Shown: one piece after another, positions 55,868 to 64,000 of the stretch | Position numbering within the stretch: the first letter of the stretch is position 1 | Layout of the letters: each line of letters opens with the position of its first letter | IMG/VR virus record: IMGVR_UViG_3300036818_000127 | Coordinates: 1 to 64,000 of that record | Reading direction: 5' to 3' (one strand) | Source: a virus | Length of the DNA: 64,000 nt | Translations under genes and position numbers: made by a program | Notes under the pieces: model-generated | The model's database searches: none | What the model was told of the DNA's origin: nothing | What the model saw: the letters and a program-made list of their open reading frames with translations, nothing else

Positions 55868-56284
55868 TTACTCTATTACTATTCCTTTTCCAGAGACCTC
55901 TTTCCCGATCCACTCAAAAGGTGTCTTGATCGAGAAGCCTTGAGTATCCGCGATGCCCCTGGAAAAGTAGAGAACCTTGTCATCAACTAGCCGCGTCACC
56001 TGCAGCCTCTGATTGACAGGCAAACCATTTTTCCCATTTCGATAGCTAATCCACCGGATGTCCTCTACTTTATAGAGGATGCAGCCGACTTCTAGAATAT
56101 CGCCGACTACTGCCTTGTAGATACTGCTGCAGGTCGGCTTTATTTTCTTCTGTCCTTTTGGGGCAATGATCATTAGTCCTGTGCCGCCGCATCCATAGCA
56201 GACAGTTCCATGCCTTAAGTTAAAACTGTATGATCCAGAGCCATGGCACCGTGTGCATTCTTTTGTGTTAATGGTAGCAATCAT
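55868..56284 (-). CDS. Hypothetical protein with DnaJ-type Zn finger
   Basis: CTRCHGSG..CYGCGGTG. Confidence 0.7.
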   Translation of the reverse strand: MIATINTKECTRCHGSGSYSFNLRHGTVCYGCGGTGLMIIAPKGQKKIKPTCSSIYKAVVGDILEVGCILYKVEDIRWISYRNGKNGLPVNQRLQVTRLVDDKVLYFSRGIADTQGFSIKTPFEWIGKEVSGKGIVIE

Positions 56285-56359
56285 TTTGTTTACTCCTTAT
56301 GATATACTTCCTTCACTATGGGAAGGTATGCTACTTATTTCTCTTGTTTACTAGTAGTA

Positions 56360-56388
56360 AGTATAGCATATCTTCCATAAACTGTCAA
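56360..56388 (-). promoter_or_regulatory. Conserved early promoter cassette
   Basis: Same 29-mer as the other cassettes. Confidence 0.88.
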
Positions 56389-56454
56389 GTGTTTTAGGAT
56401 GGATATCAGGCAATATTTTATTCTTTCACAAAACTGATGCAGGAACATCACGCC

Positions 56455-56510
56455 TTGACAAGGATACTATAACCAGCTAAACTTATACTATATCTTCCAT
56501 AAACAGTCAG
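56455..56510 (+). promoter_or_regulatory. Promoter with an operator-like copy at the transcription start
   Basis: TTGACA-17-TAAACT followed by ATATCTTCCATAAAC at 56490-56504. Confidence 0.65.
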
Positions 56511-56529
56511 GAGAGAGAGAAAAAAACAT

Positions 56530-57303
56530 ATGCAAGAAGAAATAGTTACACCCATCCCCAAGGACCATCTAGCACTACTGTCAGGTATGTCCTTGTCATG
56601 GATACGCATACTCATTGACAGAGGAAGCCTTCCAGCACTGAAGCTTGTCCAGGATGAAGAGACATTAGAGAGTATCCTCGTGCCTTATACTCCGCGTGTC
56701 AAAAAGGCAAAGCCCCAAAGTTTATTCATCGCACCGGATGTGGCTGCGGAATATGTCCAGATACATCGGACAACAGCACATCATATAAAGCAAGGGGAAA
56801 TGGTTACTCCAGTGCCGCTTTCCCATCTTTCAAAGCGTGTAGGGATTGGAGTAGAATCGCTCTATAATGCTATCGATCACGGGAACCTCCAGGCAGTAGA
56901 GTTTGTTTTCGATGCAGATCTACTCTCTTCAAGTCTAGTGCTGTATGTACCCAATTCAGAATCTAGACAGGGGAAAGCACTGTATGTTCTACCTGCTGAA
57001 GCAAAGCGATTTGTTGAAGCAAAACAGCAGCAGCATGCCAAGTTTCTAGCATCCAGGCACACTGAGCCCATGGATATAAATCCTGGATTTGAGCAAGAAG
57101 TCCTGAAAGCAGCGCAGGCTGTGAAGCAAGAACATCCGCAGGGGATAGTTGAGAGGAAGAAAGTCCAGGAGAGGATGACGGTGCCCTCTTATGGAAAGGA
57201 ACAGATAAAAGCTATTAAATATATCATGGATCAGCACCTTAATGAGTTTCCGCCACCGAGACGTGGGCCTTATACATTCCTGGCAAAGAAGGAGGGAGAA
57301 TAG
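56530..57303 (+). CDS. Tandem-duplicated HTH-like DNA-binding protein (candidate repressor)
   Basis: Two homologous ~85-aa modules, EIVTPIP..IDRGSL and EMVTPVP..IDHGNL. Confidence 0.6.
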   Translation: MQEEIVTPIPKDHLALLSGMSLSWIRILIDRGSLPALKLVQDEETLESILVPYTPRVKKAKPQSLFIAPDVAAEYVQIHRTTAHHIKQGEMVTPVPLSHLSKRVGIGVESLYNAIDHGNLQAVEFVFDADLLSSSLVLYVPNSESRQGKALYVLPAEAKRFVEAKQQQHAKFLASRHTEPMDINPGFEQEVLKAAQAVKQEHPQGIVERKKVQERMTVPSYGKEQIKAIKYIMDQHLNEFPPPRRGPYTFLAKKEGE

Positions 57304-57304
57304 G

Positions 57305-57652
57305 ATGCCATTCTACGCCCCAGGTGGACTCAAAATTTACATCCAGGCTATTCTTCAAGAGGGCCTGGATTTTGAGACCGAGCTACCTATAAACTTCCCG
57401 CGAAACCTTGAGAGCCTAGAGGAGCTTCGCGTGATTCATTCTGCGATGATCAAGAAACAGAAAGAGGTCAGTAACCTCTATAACTACCTTATTCTCATTA
57501 TCGACTCTCATAACCGAGGGGAGTATATCGGTTCTGTTATTGAGTATATACTTTCCACCAAGCATATCCAGGCAGTCAAGGAATATCTTGGAAAGCTTCA
57601 GCTCTGGACAAAAGAGCTAGAGGACAGAATTAGAATACTAAAGAGCATGTAA
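57305..57652 (+). CDS. Hypothetical protein
   Basis: Start at MPFYAPG with GGGAG RBS. Confidence 0.55.
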   Translation: MPFYAPGGLKIYIQAILQEGLDFETELPINFPRNLESLEELRVIHSAMIKKQKEVSNLYNYLILIIDSHNRGEYIGSVIEYILSTKHIQAVKEYLGKLQLWTKELEDRIRILKSM

Positions 57653-58393
57653 ATCCTGCTGGAGTGCTGCCCAATTGATAGCATTAGGGGCCACTCCATT
57701 TGCAAAGAAGTCTAGAGAGAGTACCCCATAGGACTCATCGCAATACTGGCCCCAGAAGCTCCAGGTCATCTTTTTAAGAGCACCCCAGGTAACTACCGTC
57801 AGATAATGAGAGTCCCAGGCCACCACGTTGCAACAATGTCCGCCCCAACTTCCAGGGGCTCCTCTTCCATGTGGTCCACCGCTAGGCACAGCCCAAATAG
57901 CCTGACTCTCTGCTGAGATGGGGAGGGCAAGCCCGATGTATACGCCGCCAAACAAGTAGACTGCTGCCTTGATATGAGTATGATTGGTCGGCTCTAAGGC
58001 TACATATGAATCAATCTTGCGGCCAGCGATTCCTGTATGCCTCCAATAATTGAGCACATCTAAGCAGTATGCGCCATTGTCATTGGCACCTGTCTGGGGG
58101 TTGTAGCCGCTAACATCGGAGTAGGCTTTAATGATGTCGCTATCTGAGGGGATGATCTCAGTACTGGCGTTAGCAGTCCATGCCTCTTCCATGTGAGCAC
58201 TAGAAGAAATTGTGCAGCAGCCCAGACGGTCATTGGCGAGCATGTTCCAGGTCGAAACCTTTGGGCTCCAGTCCTTTTGAGCAGGGATTGGAGGTAATGC
58301 CTCGGGGCGAAGGTAGTTAGCAAGCTGAAGAGTTCGGTGGTCGTGTTTCGTTGGAAGTTTTCCAAGTTTCATCAAAATTCTCCTTAGATACAA
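57638..58393 (-). CDS. Papain-like (C1-like) cysteine peptidase
   Basis: NDRLGCCT, WGGHCC and VTWG motifs; probable start at MKLGK. Confidence 0.7.
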   Translation of the reverse strand: MYLRRILMKLGKLPTKHDHRTLQLANYLRPEALPPIPAQKDWSPKVSTWNMLANDRLGCCTISSSAHMEEAWTANASTEIIPSDSDIIKAYSDVSGYNPQTGANDNGAYCLDVLNYWRHTGIAGRKIDSYVALEPTNHTHIKAAVYLFGGVYIGLALPISAESQAIWAVPSGGPHGRGAPGSWGGHCCNVVAWDSHYLTVVTWGALKKMTWSFWGQYCDESYGVLSLDFFANGVAPNAINWAALQQDLHAL

Positions 58394-58460
58394 TGTTAGA
58401 ACAAGTCATCCTAATTGTATCATGACTTGTTCTAACATGTCAGGGAGAAGGGATAAGCGC

Positions 58461-58730
58461 CTATGACATTTCTTCGTAGGCTTGCCACGCCTGATCAACT
58501 TGGATGCGGAGCAGACCAATGGAATATTCTACTTTTGCAATTTTTCGATTGAAGGGCTCCCAGGCAGCGCAGATAGCCTGAACCTTCTCATCAACAGAAC
58601 CCTTACAAGTAATTCTTGCTGTCCTTGCAGCATCCTCACCAGCGATTTGAAGCCTCTTCATTTCTTCTTTAGCCATGCTCAAGGACTTAAGTGCTGTCTG
58701 GTATGCATAATAAAGTGTTGTTACGTTCAT
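58461..58730 (-). CDS. Hypothetical protein
   Basis: 89 aa, AGGAG RBS. Confidence 0.55.
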   Translation of the reverse strand: MNVTTLYYAYQTALKSLSMAKEEMKRLQIAGEDAARTARITCKGSVDEKVQAICAAWEPFNRKIAKVEYSIGLLRIQVDQAWQAYEEMS

Positions 58731-58780
58731 TTTTGTTTTCTCCTAAGAAAGAGGGAAGGGAATACCCTTCCCAGATGATT

Positions 58781-59059
58781 TTACTGATGTCTACGCTCAT
58801 CGTTGTAGAGGATATCTTCAAGCTCGGACTCATCATAGTCAACACCCGTCCTTAAATCATACACAACATCCTCATCCTTCTCTTCTTCTCTTCTCAGAGA
58901 AATTACTGATCTCTCAAGTCCTGACTTTACAAAGATGTTCCAGTACTCATCGCTACCTTCAACAAGAACGGTATCAAAAACATTTTCGCCACCTACAGCG
59001 ATCTTTCGTAGTTGCCCTGCTACCAATTCAGCAGTTTCTTGTGTGTGTCGTTTTACCAT
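58781..59059 (-). CDS. Hypothetical protein
   Basis: 92 aa, AAGGAG RBS. Confidence 0.6.
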   Translation of the reverse strand: MVKRHTQETAELVAGQLRKIAVGGENVFDTVLVEGSDEYWNIFVKSGLERSVISLRREEEKDEDVVYDLRTGVDYDESELEDILYNDERRHQ

Positions 59060-59073
59060 GATATTTTCTCCTT

Positions 59074-59349
59074 TTATGATTGCAGTCCTGCTGCAACTAT
59101 TTCCATAGCCTGGATTTGATCCCTAAGCTTACTAGCCTCTACATAGGCTTCGATATACGCATCGCCTGTTGGATTTTCGATGAGCGACTGCTTTATCTTA
59201 TTTTGATACTCTAAAGCCTTCCCTAAAATGCTGATCGAGTTCAGCAAAGATGCTAGGCTATGCTCGCGGAATGCAAGGACTCCGCGCTGTAGGTCGTCAT
59301 TTTTCATAGTATTTTCTCCTTTATTTACTGCTCTAAACAATTCAAACAA
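59074..59349 (-). CDS. Hypothetical protein, paralog of 48729..48941 (start probably at MKNDD)
   Basis: Shared helix motif; AAGGAG RBS. Confidence 0.55.
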   Translation of the reverse strand: MFELFRAVNKGENTMKNDDLQRGVLAFREHSLASLLNSISILGKALEYQNKIKQSLIENPTGDAYIEAYVEASKLRDQIQAMEIVAAGLQS

Positions 59350-59772
59350 AGCTCACGATTTTCATGGGATCTATAATGAAGGCTGCATTTTGAACACTGG
59401 CGGGCTGCACCATGTATTCTTATCTGCAATTCCTCTGCCTTGGCTGCTTCGCGCTCTTTCGCGGCTTTCCTCGATGCCCTCATGGCTTTCTGCACTGCGG
59501 GGGACATTGAGTTTTCTGCCGCTTTTGCCTGACGGGCTGTTACTTGTTTACTCCTTCATGTGTACTTGATATTTACTGATTGTTTGATCTAGACAAATAC
59601 ATGTCTAGATATGCATCCATTGCATCGGACAACTCCTGCTGCAACTCTTCCAGTGTGAGCAGCCCCCATTCCCAAAGGTCCCAAGTGGTATAGGTGGTAA
59701 CTGCATTATATGTAACTTCCATGATTGCTTACTCCTTGTTTACTAACTTGTTTAACTTCTTGATCTATAATA

Positions 59773-59801
59773 AGTATAGCATATCTTCCATAAACTGTCA
59801 A
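59773..59801 (-). promoter_or_regulatory. Conserved early promoter cassette (left member of a divergent pair)
   Basis: Same 29-mer as the other cassettes. Confidence 0.88.
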
Positions 59802-59918
59802 GCTTTTTATGGTGAATACTAGCCAGTTTCCTACTCCTATAGAATACTCACCTAAATGCATCAATTCTTCTTATTTTTAGCCTTCTATAGGAACAATTTT
59901 AAACTGGACCCAAAACCC

Positions 59919-59947
59919 TTGACAGTTTATGGAAGATATGCTATACT
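59919..59947 (+). promoter_or_regulatory. Conserved early promoter cassette (right member of a divergent pair)
   Basis: TTGACAGTTTATGGAAGATATGCTATACT. Confidence 0.88.
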
Positions 59948-59996
59948 TTCTATAGATCAAGAAGTTAAACAAGAAGTTCTAAAGGAGCAAACAATC

Positions 59997-60314
59997 ATGG
60001 CAACCAATAAAACCATCAAAGTCGGAGAGATGTCGGATACCGGAATACTTGTAACAGCAGCACGCGAATTTGCAAAAACATATGGGCAAGTGAAAGAGGA
60101 TTGGGAAAAAGTTGAAAACCTGTATACTTTCTATAAAAAGGAAATTGCAGACAAGCTTATAAAAGAGCAGCTGGGAGAGGACTATCTCCTAGATATTGAA
60201 GAGTGTAGAGAGTACCTTGCAGGTGAAGAAGAATGGGATGCAGAACAAAGGAATAGAGAAGCAGAAAAAATGTATCATTCAGTATATGAGTCTCTTGGAG
60301 TGATTGAAGGCTAG
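59997..60314 (+). CDS. Hypothetical protein
   Basis: Start reassigned to MATNK with AAGGAG RBS. Confidence 0.65.
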   Translation: MATNKTIKVGEMSDTGILVTAAREFAKTYGQVKEDWEKVENLYTFYKKEIADKLIKEQLGEDYLLDIEECREYLAGEEEWDAEQRNREAEKMYHSVYESLGVIEG

Positions 60315-60320
60315 GTTAGT

Positions 60321-60372
60321 AGACCAGAGGTACTAGGGAAACTTAGTACCTGGGGCTTGCTAAGTGAGCAAG
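60321..60372 (+). repeat. 52-bp direct repeat, copy 1 (double hairpin)
   Basis: Identical to 61587-61638. Confidence 0.9.
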
Positions 60373-60397
60373 GATATCAAGAAGGGATTATACTTTT

Positions 60398-60679
60398 ATG
60401 ACTGGTCATGATTTAGCACAGGTTATCATTTGTATTCAGGAATGTAAGTCCCAGGGCATACGATGTGAGGTTACTCCCTCACTCGTCTTTGGGATGGCGA
60501 GTGTTATTGATCCAACAGTTACGATGGAGCAGTGCAAGGAAGCTATTGAAGTATCAGTACACGGCCATGAAGCAGAGTGGGACAAAAAGGTAGACGACGC
60601 TGAAAAAGCTGAGTATCAATCTTGGCTTGATAGAGGCGAGGCTGAATACGACAATACAAGCTGGTGGCGATACAGCTAG
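60398..60679 (+). CDS. Hypothetical protein
   Basis: 93-aa ORF. Confidence 0.6.
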   Translation: MTGHDLAQVIICIQECKSQGIRCEVTPSLVFGMASVIDPTVTMEQCKEAIEVSVHGHEAEWDKKVDDAEKAEYQSWLDRGEAEYDNTSWWRYS

Positions 60680-60772
60680 CAGACAACTGCACCAGGAGCA
60701 ATTCTTAGTACAAAGGCTACCTCATACTAAGAATTGCTAGGTAGGTAAGAACAAAAGAAAGAGAAGTCTTCG

Positions 60773-61546
60773 ATGAGTAATATCCCATACAAGCAATGCA
60801 CAGGACCTTGCAGACAAGAATATCCTGCAACTACTGAATATTGGTATTCTGAAAAAAGGTCAAAGGATGGATTCAGAAACAGATGCAGAAAATGCATAAA
60901 ATGGCATCAAAAAGAATACCAACAACAAACAGAAGTCCAGGAGCAAAAAAAAGATTATAACAAAGAGTACTATGGTAGACCAGAAGTTAAAGAACAGCGT
61001 AAGGAGTCCTTCAAGCAATACAGCAAGGAGTATTATAGCCGTCCAAAAGTTAAAGAACAGCGTAAAAAATATTACAGCCGCCTAGAAGCAATAGAACAGC
61101 GCAAGGAGTATTATAGCCGTCCAAAAGTTAAACAACATAAAAAGGAGTACAACAATCGTCCAGAAGTACAAGAACGACATAAGGAGTTCTTTAAACAATA
61201 CGGCAAAGAGTACCGTAATCGTCCAGAAGTACAAGAACGTCTTCGTGTACATAGGATTAATCGTCGGGCACGCGAACATTCTGTTTTAGGAAAACATAGT
61301 CCTCAACAGATTAAAAATCAACTTAGGCATCAAAAACATAAATGCTACTATTGTCATAAACGTTTACGGAGGACTAAGGGAAAGTATGTTTATCACATAG
61401 AACATACTTTCCCTTTAAGCAGGGTAGCAGGTACTACTATACCTGCTAACAGCATTGAGTACATAGTGTTAGCTTGCCCTGCTTGCAATTTAAACAAAGG
61501 AGACAAATTTCCATGGGAGTATCCAGAAGGGGGAAGACTACTATAA
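60773..61546 (+). CDS. HNH endonuclease with basic Tyr-rich helical repeats
   Basis: KEYYSRPKVKEQR repeats; CYYC..HIEH..N..LACPACN. Confidence 0.85.
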   Translation: MSNIPYKQCTGPCRQEYPATTEYWYSEKRSKDGFRNRCRKCIKWHQKEYQQQTEVQEQKKDYNKEYYGRPEVKEQRKESFKQYSKEYYSRPKVKEQRKKYYSRLEAIEQRKEYYSRPKVKQHKKEYNNRPEVQERHKEFFKQYGKEYRNRPEVQERLRVHRINRRAREHSVLGKHSPQQIKNQLRHQKHKCYYCHKRLRRTKGKYVYHIEHTFPLSRVAGTTIPANSIEYIVLACPACNLNKGDKFPWEYPEGGRLL

Positions 61547-61586
61547 GGAAGATAACCAATAAATACAGAACAGGTAATCACTTATC

Positions 61587-61638
61587 AGACCAGAGGTACT
61601 AGGGAAACTTAGTACCTGGGGCTTGCTAAGTGAGCAAG
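61587..61638 (+). repeat. 52-bp direct repeat, copy 2
   Basis: Identical to 60321-60372. Confidence 0.9.
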
Positions 61639-61665
61639 ATTATCTTACTTAAAGGAGCACAACCC

Positions 61666-62328
61666 ATGGCAACCGATACCAAACTAGTTCTCTCAAAAAT
61701 CAAGAAGTTGCTGGCGCTATCAACCTCCAGCAACCCTAATGAAGCGGCAGCGGCAGCGGCGAAAGCCCAGGAGCTGCTCATGCTCCACAATCTTAGCATG
61801 AGTCAGATCCAGACACAAGAGCCATCTAGCTATGAACAGACATTCTTAAATCTAGGTAGGAGTATCTGGAAGCGAGTGCTGCTTTCAGTTATTGCACGAA
61901 ATAATTTCTGTGAAGTAGTCTATACTCCCTCCAAGGCGGAGTCTGCTCTCATTGGTGAGGCGCACAATCGTGAGGTGGTGACCTACCTCTATCACTATCT
62001 CATCGGGCAATTAGAGCCAATGGCAATAGACGCCTATCACCGATCTCTTTCATCTATGCATGCCAAGAGCTGGCTTGATGCCTTCTATATGGGAGCTGCC
62101 ACAAGTATCGACCATCGATTGGAGGAACAGCAACGAGAAATGGAAGCCGCATCAAATGCATGCAAGGCTCTTATTATCAGCAAGGATGCAGAGTTAAAAT
62201 CTGCAATGCGACATTTCTACCCACAAACTAAGAATGGAAGCTCGAAGCGGATAAGAAGCAAAGATGGCTACTATTCAGGCCAGGAGGCAGGCAGAAAAGT
62301 AGCACTCAACCGAGGGATTGAGGCATAG
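61666..62328 (+). CDS. DUF2786-domain protein
   Basis: KIKKLLALSTSSNPNEAAAAAAKAQELLMLHNL. Confidence 0.85.
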   Translation: MATDTKLVLSKIKKLLALSTSSNPNEAAAAAAKAQELLMLHNLSMSQIQTQEPSSYEQTFLNLGRSIWKRVLLSVIARNNFCEVVYTPSKAESALIGEAHNREVVTYLYHYLIGQLEPMAIDAYHRSLSSMHAKSWLDAFYMGAATSIDHRLEEQQREMEAASNACKALIISKDAELKSAMRHFYPQTKNGSSKRIRSKDGYYSGQEAGRKVALNRGIEA

Positions 62329-62420
62329 CAAGAAGGCGATAAGACTTCTAGGTCTTCAGAGCACTCATAATGCTCATCGCCATTTAAAATTATTCAACGG
62401 AATATTCACCCATAAGGGGC

Positions 62421-62449
62421 TTGACAGTTTATGGAAGATATGATATACT
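62421..62449 (+). promoter_or_regulatory. Conserved early promoter cassette
   Basis: TTGACA-GTTTATGGAAGATATGA-TATACT. Confidence 0.88.
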
Positions 62450-62492
62450 TACTAGTAGATAAGAGTACTACTAGTAAACAAGGAGATTTGAA

Positions 62493-62852
62493 ATGGCGAT
62501 CAACTACTTCTATCAGTCAAGGGTGCTAAAGGAATTAGTCATAGATGAGGATGAAAAGGGCGTATTTATAACAATGCCCTCTGAAAGTGAAAAGGGTGTA
62601 TTTCACATTGTTAGGTGTATAGAGGACGGCAGAGGAATGTATGTTGATAGATGCGACTGTACTGGCTACAAATACAAGAGATATTGCCAGCACTGCACGA
62701 TTGTCTCAGAGTATTGGGAGGGCATCTACAAAAAGTCTTCTCCGGCCAAAGAAGAGAAGGTTGTTGGGCTGGAGGTAGTGGACAACAAATCAGAAGATTG
62801 GACAAAGGAAGCTCCACTTGGAGGGACCAGAAAGTATAGCTTGCTTAGATAG
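62493..62852 (+). CDS. SWIM-like Zn-finger protein
   Basis: CDCTGYKYKRYCQH. Confidence 0.7.
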   Translation: MAINYFYQSRVLKELVIDEDEKGVFITMPSESEKGVFHIVRCIEDGRGMYVDRCDCTGYKYKRYCQHCTIVSEYWEGIYKKSSPAKEEKVVGLEVVDNKSEDWTKEAPLGGTRKYSLLR

Positions 62853-62881
62853 CAAGCTATAGAGGGAAAGGACACTTCAAA

Positions 62882-63250
62882 ATGAAACAGTTACTTGGAG
62901 TTGGGCTGCTTAGCTGGCCCCGATATGAGCGAATGTCAGGAAGGTACGGGCTAGTGGCCCTATTCCGGCCTGGAACTGAGGGTGAAGATGGTCTGCAAGG
63001 GTATCCCTTGAATACAGAGACCATCGCCCTCATAGTAGGAAATCGCGGTTCTCTTATTGCAGTCCTGGATGGTCAAGAGATTGACCTTGGTTCAGGCAAG
63101 CTATTTACTGAGTTTCAGTATGACATCATCTATGTCGGATTGAAGCCTGATGAGCCTAGAGAAGAGAACTGGCTCAACGTCGATAACCTCTACAAAGTAG
63201 ATGGGATCATGCATCACCGAACAATAGAGCTATACTTCCAACCAAGATAA
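62882..63250 (+). CDS. Hypothetical protein
   Basis: 122 aa, AAAGGA RBS. Confidence 0.65.
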   Translation: MKQLLGVGLLSWPRYERMSGRYGLVALFRPGTEGEDGLQGYPLNTETIALIVGNRGSLIAVLDGQEIDLGSGKLFTEFQYDIIYVGLKPDEPREENWLNVDNLYKVDGIMHHRTIELYFQPR

Positions 63251-63266
63251 GCCATCTACTGAAAAA

Positions 63267-63497
63267 TTGGAGCAGGGAAATTACATGTTCAAACACGTTA
63301 TATGGCTTCTCACCATTGCAAAACGAGATGTAGCAAGAGAGTGGATCAAACACAATTTTGATGTATTCACGGACGAGGCTTTCGTCCTCTCGAAGATCTA
63401 CACATTCTATACAGCCGCTTCTCTCAACGAGGAGCAAGTAGCCCAGATTTCAAACATCGTAGGGCTTGAAGAGCATTTCTTAAATGAAGAAATGTAA
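63267..63497 (+). CDS. Hypothetical protein
   Basis: ORF in the operon; start uncertain. Confidence 0.5.
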   Translation: MEQGNYMFKHVIWLLTIAKRDVAREWIKHNFDVFTDEAFVLSKIYTFYTAASLNEEQVAQISNIVGLEEHFLNEEM

Positions 63498-63508
63498 AGG
63501 AGCAACAC

Positions 63509-63826
63509 ATGTACATTGATTATAACGGCAGGGAAATCGAGGACTTGGAAATGGAAAACATGAGACGAGATGCAAGAGAGGAGCAAAAACAGGAGCAACA
63601 CTCCACTATGATGTGTAATGATGGGACACAGTTAACGTTTTACACCTCAAACGGCTTTTTAGTCATAGCACGCCACGATGGTGAATTGCTACTTAGTAGT
63701 TATACCATCACACTTGCAACTGACGAGATCAATGAGCTTCAAGTATTCCTGGCAAGTCTGGTAGAGACTGATCCAGAAGAGTCGGACCTGGAATACAAAG
63801 AACTAGTTGATCTTGAAGGCGGATGA
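63509..63826 (+). CDS. Hypothetical acidic protein
   Basis: 105 aa, AAGGAG RBS. Confidence 0.6.
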   Translation: MYIDYNGREIEDLEMENMRRDAREEQKQEQHSTMMCNDGTQLTFYTSNGFLVIARHDGELLLSSYTITLATDEINELQVFLASLVETDPEESDLEYKELVDLEGG

Positions 63827-63865
63827 GCCTAAGAACTACCTAGAGAATTAGTAATCTATACATCA

Positions 63866-63899
63866 ACTGGAGCAGGCTTGCTACTTGCTCCAGTTTTTT
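63866..63899 (+). terminator. Intrinsic terminator (homolog at about 53873-53903 on the minus strand)
   Basis: ACTGGAGCAG/TTGCTCCAGT stem plus T tract. Confidence 0.75.
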
Positions 63900-63939
63900 G
63901 TTGCCTTCAAATATTGCCCTAAATACCCCTTATAGCTGC

Positions 63940-63968
63940 TTGACAGTTTATGGAAGATATGCTATACT
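63940..63968 (+). promoter_or_regulatory. Conserved early promoter cassette
   Basis: Same 29-mer as the other cassettes. Confidence 0.88.
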
Positions 63969-64000
63969 TACAGTAGATCAAAAGTTAGTCAAGTTAGTAT

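Noticed and set aside
1-64000. cas, tnpB, iscB, reverse transcriptase, tRNA or rRNA genes
   Set aside because: No RuvC, Cas1, RAMP or YxDD signatures and no cloverleaf seen by eye; a formal scan was not possible.

Overview
The whole window looks like one temperate siphovirus-type genome segment; I recognise no host housekeeping genes. A Chloroflexi/Ktedonobacteria-like host is a weak inference only. From 4.3 to 30.2 kb (minus strand) lies an HK97-fold virion and lysis module: TerL, portal, protease, capsid, connectors, two tail-tube paralogs, frameshifted chaperone, tape measure, tail proteins, endolysin and holins. TerL carries a 5-nt stop-containing insertion in its Walker A codons. From 31.4 to 33.1 kb there is a cas-less degenerate CRISPR-like array with a structured leader. 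It decays into about 1 kb of strand-biased (A)TGCAAC mini-repeats, and a second mini-repeat field lies at 1-625. From 33 to 37 kb are HNH genes and TerS. From 37.7 to 44.2 kb is a DNA hypermodification cluster: CmoA, a C5-MTase with motif X Asn-to-Arg, an Asn-synthetase-like ligase, SET, AdoMetDC and a homospermidine synthase-like enzyme. From 44 to 46.5 kb are an integrase and an ECF sigma factor. From 46.8 to 64 kb is an early/accessory region built from repeated consensus sigma70 promoter cassettes, with an MTase-helicase fusion, an annealase and an orphan IscB-type omegaRNA element. All calls come from motif reading by eye; no database searches were run.
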